DNA of 63,886 nucleotides, counting the filler, from Intoshia linei (Eukaryota; Animalia; Orthonectida), in the NCBI GenBank assembly GCA_001642005.1. It is 8 parts of 8 records of this genome, joined end to end, with 100 filler letters (N's around TTAATTAATTAA, not from the genome) between each part and the next. Parts side by side here need not be neighbours in the genome. Positions count along the whole stretch, not along the records: positions 1 to 15,781 come from LWCA01000894.1; positions 15,882 to 28,165 come from LWCA01001098.1; 6 more parts are not named here. The stretch is one strand, 5' to 3'. Shown here one piece after another: positions 14,581 to 27,608 of the stretch. Position numbers and translations under genes: made by a program. The notes under the pieces are model-generated. The model had not been told where the DNA came from and did no database searches. It worked only from the letters and a program-made list of their open reading frames with translations. Each line of letters begins with the position of its first letter. The stretch's first letter is position 1.

Positions 14581-15078
14581 AAAAAAATACATATTTTCCG
14601 AATATATAAATAATTAATAAGTAATTAATACAGCCATTCATAGAGCGTAATGACTAGGTTACGCAATATTTTGAGGATGCTCTTAAAGAAGTTTGCATTA
14701 TTGTGAATTACATCATTGTGTTTATTTGTTTACATTTTATCGTTTTATTTTGAATTTCTTTTTCATTGACAAGTAATTTTTTTGAGTATCATTTTATAAT
14801 TCATTTATAGCTATACCAAAAAAAAGAAGCAGTAATTTAGAACTGCCAGAAATATACTGTGCTATGTTTACATTTTTACAAAATTACGACATGCGATTAA
14901 GTGTAAATACTGCAACGCCACTTTAAGTCTATTAAAAGTATGATTGAGAAACACTCTAAAAGTACCATACAACACCTATTCTCGAATTTCTAAAACAATT
15001 TTCAATGGAAAAGGATTGAAAAATGCATCATCACACTTATCAAGTAAAAATAGAAGCGCTATCGCTCACTCCCTAACA

Positions 15079-15781
15079 CAGCGGTTCCAACCTGTAGGTC
15101 GCGATCCCAAGCGGCGTCGCCTGACAATTTACCGGGGTCGCCAAGGCCTTTTAAAAAGTTGTTTTGACACCGAATTTTTGACGTTTTTTTAAAAAGTCGG
15201 CAACAACTTTATATTTACAAAATGATTTTTGACATGGTTGGGTAGATATGGAAACATAATAATCAAAACGTCAGTTTAAACTGATACCAGTAACATAAAA
15301 TTTATTTTGTATAATTTTAAATTGCCCATGATGAATCGAAAGAAAAATATTAAGAGAAGATAGTACACTGAAAAATTTTTAAAATATGGGTTTACTTTTA
15401 TAGTTGAGGCAGGAACTGAAAAGCCACAATGTGTCATTTGCTGCGAAATTATGTCAGCTGAATCCATGAAGCCCAACAAAATGAAACGTCATTTTAACAC
15501 TAAACATCATAATTTAGCGGGCAAGGATGTCCAATATTTTATAAATAAAGCTGATTGTGTTAAAAAAAGCAGGCTCGATTTTGTCGGTCAATATCAACAG
15601 CAAAATATGGCAGCCATTGAAGCTTCATATTTGGTGGCTCTCAGAATTGTCAAAGCCAAGAAACCTCACACCATTGCCGAAGAGTTGCTGCTGCCAGCAA
15701 CAAAAGACATTGTTCGAGTTATGCTTAGAGCTAAACATGTCAAAAAACTGAATACAATATCCTTGTCCAATAACACTATTA
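15079..15781 (+). mobile_element. hAT/Buster (ZBED8/ZBED5-like) element 5' end with BED-finger transposase, truncated by spacer
   Basis: End sequence CAGCGGTTCCAACCTGTAGGTCGCGATCCC. Frame from 15328 reads FLKYGFT...KPQCVICCEIMSAESMKPNKMKRHFNTKH...KKPHTIAEELLLPA...SLSNNTI, with an in-frame TAG near the start. Confidence 0.85.
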
Positions 15782-15881
15782 NNNNNNNNNNNNNNNNNNN
15801 NNNNNNNNNNNNNNNNNNNNNNNNNTTAATTAATTAANNNNNNNNNNNNNNNNNNNNNNNNNNNNNNNNNNNNNNNNNNNN
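15782..15881. other. Artificial contig spacer N44-TTAATTAATTAA-N44 (also 28166-28265, 55332-55431, 56953-57052, 58340-58439, 59898-59997, 62547-62646)
   Basis: The identical 100-nt cassette occurs seven times, and its core has stops in all six frames. Confidence 0.97.
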
Positions 15882-16146
15882 TTAAATTTAATTTTTGAAC
15901 TACATAAAAAAAATTTAATTAATTTTTTCATCCAATCCAATCCATTCGTCAATAAAAGGATTCAATTTATATTTTTTCAATTATATAAAAAAACCAAATG
16001 AAAAGATTATTTTCAATTAATTGATTGCAATTAATTATTTCCAATCCCTGCTCATCAGTACAGTACTAGAGTCGATTATATACCATTATATTACCAATAT
16101 ATAATTTTTTGATTTTTTCAATTACTCAATTATTTATCAATTTTAG

Positions 16147-19100
16147 GTTGTAAAAGATTACTTGAAGAGTAAAAATATAGACATTAACGAAATCATGATT
16201 GTTCAAGGTATTTTTGTTATTTTAGTTAATCTTTTATTAAATTTATGTCAATTTGAAGTGACAATACAAATTTTAAATGAAATTTAGGAACGTTGCGACC
16301 AGATCTAATCGAAAGTGCTTCCAATATTGCTTCAGATTCTGCATCGGTTATTAAAACGCACCATAACGATACAGAACTTGTCAGAAACTTGAGAAATAGA
16401 GTATTACTATTTTAGTCAATATTTTAGTTTTTAATGTTGGATATTATTTATATACTTTTAGAATTTAGTAGTAGAACCCCTAAAAGATTTTCATAAAGAT
16501 GAAGTAAGAAATATTGGTAAAATGTTGGGATTGGAAGAAGATGTTGTGCATCGACATCCATTTCCAGGTAAAAATTAACAGCATTAGATGTGATTACATT
16601 CATTCTTGATGAAATAATATTAGTCATATTTCGCACCACGTCCCGTGACAGAGCCGTGGAGAACCAACAGTGGGTCCGTCAGATAAAAATTGAAGCCCCG
16701 ATACACAAATCTTTTGGTTTTAACTATCCATTGTTTGATCCAAAGGTAGTCAAACTTTTTTTCAGCGTTACCACTCTGGATATACAATAAGTTACCAATT
16801 GGAAAAATTTTTCTAACATAATCTTATAATAATATTCTAATATTTAAATTATTAGACCCGTCATACGGTATCTAGACCATTCGCAAACCTGGTCATGGGT
16901 AGTTTAAGTATATTATTTTCATATATTAGAAATTACATTTTATTTATATTTAGGCCCTGGTTTAGCTATACGAATTATCTGTGCAGACAAGCCATATTTC
17001 TCTGAAAATTATAAAATAGCATTGGATACTTTATCTATTGTCTTTAATTATCATACTGCTGATTCTGATGTAATTTTTTTATTGTTTTTGTGTATTTTAA
17101 ATTTTTATTAGAAAATTTTACCCATTAAAAGTATTATTTCGCAACATGATTCAAATTTGCTTGACACCATTTTCTCTACTTTGGAAAATAAAATTAATTA
17201 CACATTATTGCCTATTAATTCTGTTGGAGTTCAGGTTATTGATTAGATTTATATATAACAGGTGTCGACAATTTAAGCATAAATTTTACCAAAAAAACAT
17301 TTTTTGGGTAATGTAGACTGTAATAAACTTTATAAAAATTTGTATCAAAGATTTTTTAACATTTCATGGAATCATTAAGCTTCTAGGGTTGACTATTCTC
17401 TTAATTATTAAAAACAAATTGAACATCTTTAATATTCTGATAGTATACTGTTTAAAAATATTTCGTAACAAATTTTAAAAATATATTTTTTTTGATTAAA
17501 ATTTATTTCGACAAAAGAAACTGAATTGGAATTTTTTTCCTAATTAGATATAAATGAGATTAAGTACTTGATCCAATTATTAATAGGTGGGATAATTTAC
17601 AAAATGTCTGCAATATGATTTTTACACACACATTTTATACATTTCATATTAATTCAATAGGGCGACAATCGAACATATCGAAACGTATTGGCTGTTTCAG
17701 CTGATATTGTACCAGATTGGGAAGTATTGGATAATTTAGCAAGAATTATTCCAAACATTATACCACAAATTAATAGGTAAATTTGATTTTACAAAAATAA
17801 AACTTATTAAAAAATTAACTAAATCACGTGCGGACCTAAATTAAGCTAATTAAGATGTGGAACACGAAGCTTTCTTTATAAATAAATAAACTCAAAAAAA
17901 TTTTTTCTATAGTTGGTATTTTATTATTATTTTGTATTTTAAAGGGCAATCTTAAAAATGGACATTTTCAAGCTTAAAAAACCACTTTATTATTTATTAA
18001 CCTATATCAATATTTCTTGAACAGTACGATCCATAAAATTTAAAGTTCCCAGCTAACACTTGAAAACCAGCTATATGCCATCTCACAGAGCGTCAGTTAC
18101 ATGAAATTGTTTTGTTTTTTGTACCGAAAAAAATTGGTTTTTTATTAATATTATACATTTTATGTACTTTAGCAAACATTCTATCTAATAAATTAATCAA
18201 ATGGGATAACAATTGTTTTTAAAATTCTTTACGCAAATGTTAACAAACAAAAAATTAAGATGAAATAATTCTTTGAAATAAAAAGTCATGTGATATTATG
18301 GTTCCACCTGAAACAAATTTGGAAACCACTCCTTTTAAGGATTGGTAATAGTTAAAAGTAGGATTTTTAAGTTAGATTTTCAACATGAATTTATTTTTTG
18401 GTATAATAAAAATGTGCCATCGGCAGAGCTAGGCGCTGTTTGTACGTTGTACAATGTACATAACAGTCAAGCTAGTACAATATAAAATGAACATGTTTGA
18501 AACTCAACTAAATATTTAAAATTTAATTATTAAATTGTAGAGTATGCTTTGCATTTGGTTCAAAAATTAAAGATAATGTAATAAATAGTATTGTTAAAAC
18601 AACTTTAACCGAAAATGTACTTGAACAAACTAGAATTTTTGACTTTAATGTAAATAAAATTCTTTCTGAATCTGGAGGTAATTTTCAACTAATACATTTT
18701 AATAATAATTTTTTAGAAACAATTAAACTTAGTCAAATGCCTATTGTTATGATTCCAATAAATTTTGATCAAGATACTCAAGAAAAAAGATCTTTCGTCA
18801 TCAGACCATTTATTACTTCTGATTTTATGACTGGAATTGCTGCTAAACCAGATATTAACTATTCAAAATCTGTAAATTTATCATTTAATCTAGTTTTATC
18901 TTTCTTTGTAAGTTTTCCAGTCAAATTTTTTTACAACTTTTAATATTTTCATTATAATTGCTTTCAATCGTGCACTATTTTATTAATTTTTATTAAAAAA
19001 ATATGAAGGAATGAATGTGAATGTGTTTGTTTCATCTACAATTGGGTTCCTAAGGTCTATGTCGTTCAATATACTAGTACTACCTTGACTGTTATGTACT

Positions 19101-20075
19101 ACGTACAAACAGCACCTAGCTCTGCCGAGGACACATTTTTATTCTACAAAAAAAATAAATTCACGTTGAAAATCTAACTCAAAAATCTTACCATTCATTA
19201 TTATCAATCCCTTAAAGGAGTAGTTCCCAAACTTGTTTCAAGGTGGAACCGTCATATCACATTAATTTCTACTTAGGATCAATATTTATTTTAATCTAAA
19301 TATTTGAAAAATATTGGTTGATAATATATTAAAAATTATTTTTCATCGGGAATGCGTAGATTTCTCGGGTTGAACTTTTGTATTTATATCAACTGGAATA
19401 AGCTCTATCAGAATAATTTTTTTTTTAATTTTCTGACCATGAATTGTTTTACATTTTTTGTTTTAATAAAATATTTCGAAAAAAAAAATATATGAAAACT
19501 AAAATGCTTTTTTGATTGTGAAGGCGTCACTTATTCAGATTAAAAAATTTTTTTGATTTGATTTCTGTTAACAGGATACAACTGTACCACCTGTAAATTT
19601 TTTATTAAATTCTAGTACTGTTTTCATTAAAAAAAAAGGTAAATTGTGGTTTTGACCCTGAAGATGTATTTTTTTTAAATTTAAATTTATGCTAATATTT
19701 ATGATTTTAAAATGCGTTTCAGACTGTATATTTTTTTAATTTTCAAACTCGTTTGATTTTCAAAAAAAGGAAAATTGGGTTTTTTGACCCGTAAGATGTG
19801 AGTTTGGGAGGTTTAAATTTATTTTGCTAACACCCCGGAAAAATCTATAATTGAAATGTGGACTTTATAAAATTTTAAGACTGGTAGTTATTGAAATAAA
19901 CGGTAACACACCCACACAAACAAATATTGCAAAGCATATTATATAAGTAAGGATTCTATATTTATACATTTAGATATTGATGAGCATAGTTGAATACTCA
20001 AAACACTGCAAATTTTCGTCTAAATTGCTTTATGACCTTTCCTCGAAACCACCTGGAACTACCGAATGGGAATAA
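16147..20075 (+). CDS. GMPS: GMP synthase (glutamine-hydrolysing), 3' exons only
   Basis: Spliced exons give [13 protein letters not shown]...[65 protein letters not shown] and [15 protein letters not shown]. The glutaminase domain is not in view. Confidence 0.95.
17980..18475 (+). mobile_element. Helitron-like repeat, 3' fragment in a GMPS intron
   Basis: Ends ...gcagagctaggcgctgtttgtac...gtacataacagtcaagCTAG|T. Confidence 0.7.
19074..19953 (-). mobile_element. Helitron-like repeat, internally deleted copy in a GMPS intron
   Basis: Both family ends are present (actag...gactgttatgtactacgtacaaacagcacctagc; atataagtaaggat). Confidence 0.75.
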
Positions 20076-20273
20076 ACATAAACCTACATACAAATTAGCA
20101 TTAATTTTTAGTAAAGAAATAAACTTTCAATTAATTAAGTATTTATTTCTAATATCACCTATAAACTTAGAATAATATGACGAATTTTATGGACCCTAGC
20201 CGCTTTCTACTGCCCTTATTATAGTTTTGAAATAAGGTCCGTCAGCTCATTAATCGATGAAATCGAATTATTT

Positions 20274-20489
20274 ATGGAAGAAAGTATATTTATATTAAAT
20301 GATGACAAAGATATGTCATTTTATGATGCTTCCAATTTATCTCAAAATACCACTTCACATACGCTAAAATTACTTAAATTGACAAAATCAGAACTGGAAG
20401 ATAATTTAATATTTGTTTTACCAAATTGTTTTAGAGAATTTTATGAATGTAGAAAAAAAATAACAAAGCTTTCGAAAAGAAAACAATAA
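20274..20489 (+). CDS. Small hypothetical protein (71 aa)
   Basis: ATG-started ORF 200 nt after the GMPS stop with plausible composition. No homology recognised. Confidence 0.25.
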   Translation: MEESIFILNDDKDMSFYDASNLSQNTTSHTLKLLKLTKSELEDNLIFVLPNCFREFYECRKKITKLSKRKQ

Positions 20490-21585
20490 GATAACGGATT
20501 ATTATGTAGATTAAATTATTTTTCATCACATTTGTTTTTATCAGATATTATGTATTCATGCGTTTATCAAATTTTTAATTCTATTTATATTTTTTAAATA
20601 AATGCTTAATTTTTTGTGATATATCCCATCAACGAATCTGTATCAACTTTCTTACTATGATTAAATACTATTATCGTTCAATTAATTTAATACATAATAG
20701 AATCTTATCATTACCCTCAGTTTTTGGGCACTTTACAAAAAAAGTGCCCTAACACGACGTTATACTGTACAATTTATATCAAATTTTCCATTTTGCAGAA
20801 CTTGATAAAATCATAATCATAAAATGACAACTGCGCCTTAAAATCCGCAAAAAAAAATTAAAGATGCGATAACCTATTTTGACAATAATGATAAACTGAA
20901 GTTTGCATTTGAATCGTTAAAAATTTATTTAAATGAATTTAATCAAATTAAAACAAAATCGTATTATTAAATTTGAATGTAAATTAACAAACATTTCAAT
21001 TCGACCCGATGCATCACAATTATTTCACAATCTTCCCTCCTACTGAGCTTACTATATGTTCCTAATACGAAATTTCTAAATTGAACCATTCAATATTAAA
21101 AATTGCTAAATATATACTTGAAATAATAAAAAATTTTAAATTGACGTTAATTGTAACGTGAATGTACCAACATTATACATATCTAAATCGAAATACATAT
21201 ATGTAAAATTAAAAAGTTAAATTGACCTAAAACTAAAATTAATTACATTTTTTGATATTGTTCAAGTGTATTAAATATTGATTAATAATTTATCTTTCAC
21301 GAAAGGAAAAGTATTTGTGGAAAAATTCAATATATCTAAAATGTACGTTGAATCACATTTGCATTTAAAATATTTAATGATTGATAATAATAATTTGCTC
21401 TCGATTCTTTCTTCATTTAAAACTTTAATTTAAATACAGATAAACTTCAAACCAATGTATATTGTACGAGTAATTAAAATTTTAAAATATCTAAATTGTA
21501 ACATCTAAAGTGTCAAATCGATATATCATTTACCATAGAGTTTTGTCTATATTTAACATATTCAAGTATACATTTACCAATTTAT

Positions 21586-24500
21586 ATGATTACTTTAACT
21601 GAAAATTGTTTTACCTGCAGGTGATTTTATTTTTTAAAAAAATATCAAATCTACAATATTAAATTATATCGTCAACATGTAAATTTAAGAATACATATTT
21701 ACTTATTTAAATATTAAAATGTAATAATTAAATTAGATTAGTTACAAATTAATTAGATTTTTATAGTCATTTTTTAAATTCTAATGTATGAAATTTTGGT
21801 GTATTTTTTTTACAAATATGCAAAATTTTTATCAATATACTTTTCAGACTGTTACGCAGTGGTTTTAATGACAACCTTGTTTATAATAACTATTATTATT
21901 AATTATTAAAATTACTAGAAAGAAATTAGAAAAAAAGTGTACATTTCGATGTATTACATGTAATCAAAATGTATGTGAAAATTGTGGATCATTTAATAGT
22001 TTCGATCACAATGAAGTGGTATATTCATTTAAAATTAAATTAAAATTGTTAGTTTAAGGTTAAATCTATATAATTGGAAATTGGTCGTCAAATGTTGACA
22101 TTCCATTTTACTGTAAGAATTGAAATGCCATTTTTTCCTCATCTTTGAGAAATTACTAACCTAAATTGTATATAATATAACTTTTGACCTACTAATTAAA
22201 ATTAATTTCACAGTTTAATATTTAAGGAAAATTTCCCCTAAACTACTAAAATTTCTGGAAAGAGACCACATAAATTCAAAATATCTTAATTTTTCTTTTT
22301 TCCAACACTATAAAATGTATCAACAATTAATTTAATTAAATTATAGTTTGTAAATCAATTTGAGTTTACAATTTGCTAATTCGTAATTTTCCGACAATTA
22401 GACTAATATAATTTTTTATAGATTGATTGGATTTGTTTAACTTGCCAATCTAAAGAAAAAAATGATTGCTTACCGAGAAAACTTAAAAATAAAGAACAAG
22501 TATTTATACAACTATTTAAAAATTTAAAATACGTGTTGACTTTGTTGGTAGCTTTTCTCGATCAATGCGATTACAAAAAACATAAATTAAAACAGTTGCA
22601 ATATTGAATCTATTGAACATTGTAAAATCCCAAGTCGTTTATTTTAAAGTGTAAAGAATTTACTAGCAAATTTATAATTCCGTTTTAAAATTTTTATTAA
22701 TATTAATTAATTAAATCATATTATTTGTTAATATATATTTAAATACATTTATCAAAATGTAAAACACAAAAATAGTCCTTTTTTACAAATTTTTTGATTT
22801 TTCCAATTCTAGTTTAACAAACCAAAAAAATAAAATCCAGTTTTACCAACCCATTAGAAAATTAATTACCAAGATTTTATAAAATTGCTATATATAATAT
22901 AATATAAAATAATATATCATCACTACAGACATAAGTTAAAACTGATATATTAAGATACCATGTTATACCTACAAATAGTGATTGTGCCGGGAAAAAAACC
23001 GGAACAAAATTCCCGGGATTTCCCGAAAATAATTCAAACAAACCTGTATTTGATTTATGTTTGTTATTACTATGAAAATATGATTATATTATAATATTTA
23101 AAATTTACTATTTCAAGCTCTCATGGAAAAATTGTCTTACACCGATATTCTTTTCAAAAATCCGATTTAACGAAATCTTATAAAAAAATCTAATTCATCA
23201 AACCACAAATAAAAAATCCAATTTTTTAGCCCTTAATGGAAAAATATCCTTTTTCCAATATTTTTTTAAAAAACTTTTATTCCAACCACAAAATTTCAAC
23301 ACTTTTTCAACAATCTAAAATAAACAAATTTTTTTCTAATTATGTTTGTAAATTTCAATCTAGATTCGTGTTATTTTATTAATTAAATTTCTTTTTGTTT
23401 TTGAAATTAAGATCTCTAAAATTTTTAATGCTTCTATATTACACTAGACAACAAAATAAAAAGTTTTTTCGAGGATCTGCATGAGACCCATACAAATAAA
23501 AAGCTGAAATTTTCCTGATCAACATAATACTTTTCTTTTTAATTTTACAGTTCGGTATCAAAAGATAATGATTGACAACATCATAGCAACTAAGCTATTT
23601 CAATTTTTTTTTTCACCATATATTGAATTAATAGCGGATAATTATATGATCACATTTAAATTAAAAAGAAATAAATATTAAATAAATTACAGGTGTACAA
23701 AAATTTAACTGACAACAGGCGCTTTAACTGGATGAACATCTGGTATGGGCTATAATGAACCTTTTAACAATACATTCTAGTGTCTAAATCCAGATTTACG
23801 GAATAGATTTAGTTGGATATTTTTAACTATTAATATTTAAAAAAAATATATTAATAATTTTAATTTGGACATTTCTCAGTATACATTAAAACAACTGTTT
23901 CTTGAGATAATAATGGCTGGGATAATGAAACTAAATTATATACTTCCATTGGAATTAAAAAAAGTTGAACTTTTGGTGACCGGATACGAGTACGGCTTAA
24001 TTTATTTGTTTGTTTTTTTCTTTTCAGAATACAGAAATAGCAGTCATTCGCACTTTCTGAATTTTTCCATATTCTGGTGTCACAAATCTCTTTTTAAATC
24101 TCATTATAGACGCATGACACGTTTGATATAGATTTGAGGGATTTCAAAGTTGATTCTCGTACATTAAATTGTATATTTGCATTATCGAATTTTTACATTT
24201 ATCAGTTATAGAGTAACATTTTTTAGTGTTTGGCAATTATATACCACATCAAAAGCAATAATATGTTTCGTTTATTTCGTAGACATCCATTTTAAATTAA
24301 TAAATAAATATTCAAACTTAAAAAACTTCACCTTTTTTAAAGTAAACATTATTTTTAATAATATAATTGGTCAATTTTAGAATTGAAGTGAAACTTTGTT
24401 ATATATTTTTTAACATTAAAAGTGTTGATAAATGGGTTATATGAACTAAAACTAATAAATATATTATTTCATTAAAATCAGCGCTAGTTATTATTATTAT

Positions 24501-27500
24501 ATTATATTATTATTATTATTATTATTTTTATGCAGATGTATTTTTCAATGTTGTCTAGTGTTATATATGAATAAAAAATTTTTTTAGCTTTACCGCGAAA
24601 TTTAATTTTTAATTTCCCAGTTCTCGAATTTTATCATTTCCCGGGAAATCACAATCACTACCTACAAACCATATTACAAAAAAATTAGAAATATTCTATG
24701 GTGTTGACACCAGAGAATATTTTTTTATGAAATAAAATTTTTTGTCAGTTTAATTTTATACAGAACATTCAATTTAAATACTGACAGTGTAAGTAAAGTA
24801 CTGACAAAATAATTTTTTTTACTGCCCTTCCAATTTAAATACTGACAATCAATTATTTATACTGACACCTTATCAATTGGCATTTAAAATACTGATAAAC
24901 TATCTACAATACTGACAAATTAATAAGAAAAATACTGACGCGATAAATGCACGCCATGATGTATCCGTTCGATAAGCATATTTTACATATTTTTTGGTTT
25001 ATTGTTAATTAAAAATAGTTATGTTTGCCCAGGAGTGCCCAAATTTACAAAAATGAAGATATTTCAAAAATAAAAAAAATGTATTATACCACGTATACCA
25101 ATAATATTATTTAATTTACACATTTGTAGCAGAGTCGAACCATGTTCGACCTTTTCTTCCTAAATTAAAAATATGTCCCTAAAAGATGTGACCCATATTA
25201 TGTCTAGTCATCTCGCCACGTGCATAGACTCTATAGTTTAAATTTGACAGACACACAAAAAATTATATTCAAAAATGATGTTTCATTTTATATAAATTTC
25301 GTCGAGGCCCGAGTAGGAATCTTGGGTATCTAACGTTAGGTTTTGCTCTGTATTTTTGTACAAATATAACAAATAAAAATTGTATAATTATACAATTTAT
25401 TACAACGTACTACGTACAAACTAGAGACAGCAATGTCAATTTGTATTTAAATATTTTGACTATATTTTGACAGTTTAGTCTGTTTTTAACAAAACGGTTA
25501 ATTTTTATTGCATAAATGGAATGTGTGTTTAATACAAAATTTGTACATAATGAGTCATTAATATACTCAAATTTTGTTTCGTTGTCAATGATTGTCAAAA
25601 ACGACTTAGACCGTTATCAATGAATGTCAAAAACGACTTAGACCGTTTTTAGCAACCGACTAAAAACAGACTAAAAGTTAATATGATATTGTATTTACAA
25701 TATGCATGATTTGCAGTGTAAAATTTACATTTTGCACTAAGAATTGTATTTAATTTAGACATGCACAATAAAAATGCAACAGTCAAAAAATGTGCTAAAA
25801 ACAGACTAAAAATACAGTCAATTTCTGGTTGCTCTAGTACAAACAGAACCTAGCTCTGCCGAGGGCACATTTTTATTATACTTCAAAAATAAATTCACGT
25901 TGAAAATCTAATTTAAAAATCCTACTATTCACTATTATCAAGCCTTTAAAGGAGTAGTTCCCAAATTTGTGTCACATAGTACCATATTTTAATCGAATTT
26001 TACCAAATTTGCAAAGGATTGTAATAAATATAAAAATGATATTAACAAAGTGGTTCTAGTTTCGTTTCAATTTAAATTTTATTTTAAATGTTTTGAAAAT
26101 GAAAATTTGAAATTTAAAAAATTGCGAAGGAATGAATTATATAGATTTTCACTCATATTTCTTTATTGGAAATGTGTAGAAGTTCACTGCAATTTTTTTT
26201 TAAAATTGTAGGATCAATATTTACATTTTAAATTTTTATTTCAAATCGAAATATTTAAAAAATATTGGTTGATAATATATTAAAAATTATTTTTCATCGG
26301 AAATGCGTAGATTTCTCGCAGTAAACTTTTGCATTTATATCAACTGGAATAAACTCTATCAGAATAATTTTTTTTTATAATTTTCGGACCGTTAATTATT
26401 TCACATTTTTTGTTTTAATAAAATATTTTAAAAAAAAAATATGAATACTAAAATCCTTTTTTCACCGTGAAATCGTCACTTATTCGGATTGAAATTTTTC
26501 ATGTGTGTTAACAGGATACAACTGTACCACCTGTAAATTTTTTGAAATTCTAGGGCTGTTTTCATTAAAAAAAGACGGGTAATTTGTGGTGTTGGCCTTG
26601 AAGATATAATTTTTTTAAATTTAAATTTATGATAGTGTTTATGATTTTAAAATCCGTATTAGCATATATATTTTTTTAAATTCTCGAACTCGTTTGATTT
26701 TCAAAAAGAGGGACAATTGGTGTTTTTGACCAGTAAGATGTGAGTTTGGGAGGTTGAAATTATGTTTGCGAACACTCCCGGAAAAAACTGTAATTGAAAT
26801 GTGGACTTTATAAAATTCTAAGACGGGTAGTTATTTAAATAAAGCTGAACACATACACACAGACACAAACATAAATCGCGTAGCATATTGTATAAGTTAG
26901 GATATTGTAATATAATATTTTAGATTTCACCAAGATGTAACATTTATTCAAATAAAAATAATGTAAAATATAATCATTTTATGGATCGGAAATCTGTTTT
27001 AAAAAGACAGCAAAGTCTTCCCATTAATGTAAAGTCAAAAATTTTTCAAAGAACAAGAGGTAATATTATATTTTTTGCATCTTATAGTAGTAAAATTGAA
27101 AATTTTTGTTTTTGACTGAAAATGCCAATTTTGAATTAAATTAAATATAAAAAACTGACTCGGAAAAAAATACCGTATAATGTCTTAAATTTCTAAGATT
27201 TGGCTGTTTTAATAATTAAATTTCATCAAAGTACGGATAAACTATTTTTCAATTTTCAAACGATTGACAAGCTATAAATTTGGTATCTACTAATAATAAG
27301 CTACTATAGGTATCAATGAGACAATGCTACAATGTATTTAGAATAATTTTTTTAAAAATTAAAAACAACCATTTATTTTGTATTTATTGCAAATCATCGA
27401 TCAAAAATATTAAAACACATTCAAATTGACCAGGCTAGAAAATCCTGATCTAGAATCTATAAAATTTTTTAAATTTATTAATATTTTCATTAGTACATTT

Positions 27501-27608
27501 ACCTATGTATTATATTTTTTAACTCTTTAGATGTAAAGTCCGACATAACTCAACCAAAAATAGAAAATGAAATAATTGATGCAATTTTTAAAAAATGTGA
27601 TGTCAACG
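21586..27608 (+). CDS. FYVE/Rabphilin/Piccolo-like C8 zinc-finger protein with the start of an EF-hand, 3' truncated (exons 21586-21620, 21919-22018, 22422-22499, 26924-27059, 27531-27608)
   Basis: Phase-consistent GT-AG joins give MITLTENCFTCRKKLEKKCTFRCITCNQNVCENCGSFNSFDHNEVIDWICLTCQSKEKN...ISPRC...LKRQQSLP...ENEIIDAIFKKCDVN(G). Confidence 0.65.
22976..24660. mobile_element. hAT-type non-autonomous element with perfect 8-bp TSD
   Basis: TIR TAGTGATTGTG...CACAATCACTA; TSD cctacaaa at 22968-22975 and 24661-24668; subterminal CCGGGA repeats. Confidence 0.85.
23442..24560. mobile_element. CACTA-ended TIR element nested in the hAT element (other copies 27903-28165 and 55432-56169)
   Basis: TIR CACTAGACAACA...TGTTGTCTAGTG, flanked by tta on both sides. 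The interior is near-identical to 55432-56169. Confidence 0.7.
24661..24960 (+). repeat. Dispersed repeat with multiple ATACTGACA motifs (host of the hAT insertion; uninterrupted copy at ~39340-39786, minus strand)
   Basis: 22913-22975 plus 24669-24960 matches the reverse complement of 39340-39786. A fragment also lies at ~38510-38630. Confidence 0.75.
25834..26902 (-). mobile_element. Helitron-like repeat copy
   Basis: ctagtacaaacagaacctagctctgccgagggcac ... tataagttaggat. Confidence 0.75.

Noticed and set aside
15328-15400. In-frame stops suggesting a variant genetic code or readthrough
   Set aside because: They occur in decayed transposases alongside frameshifts. Src, GMPS, CPEB and K2P translate cleanly with the standard code.
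15826-15837. TTAATTAATTAA palindrome recurring seven times
   Set aside because: Always centred in 88 Ns, so it is an assembly linker and not biology. ORF ends reading 'XXXLIN' are artefacts.
19990-20175. 61-aa ORF at the GMPS end
   Set aside because: Wrong frame; the true last exon reads ...[10 protein letters not shown] and stops at 20075.
23865-24380. Pair of duplicated small ORFs (also 55489-55974) resembling a two-gene module
   Set aside because: Both lie inside copies of the same TIR element, have TTG starts, and the first ORF's length is not preserved between copies.
25593-25650. 32-nt-period direct repeat (tgtcaaaaacgacttagaccgtt x2)
   Set aside because: Only two units; most simply a local duplication inside repeat-like DNA.
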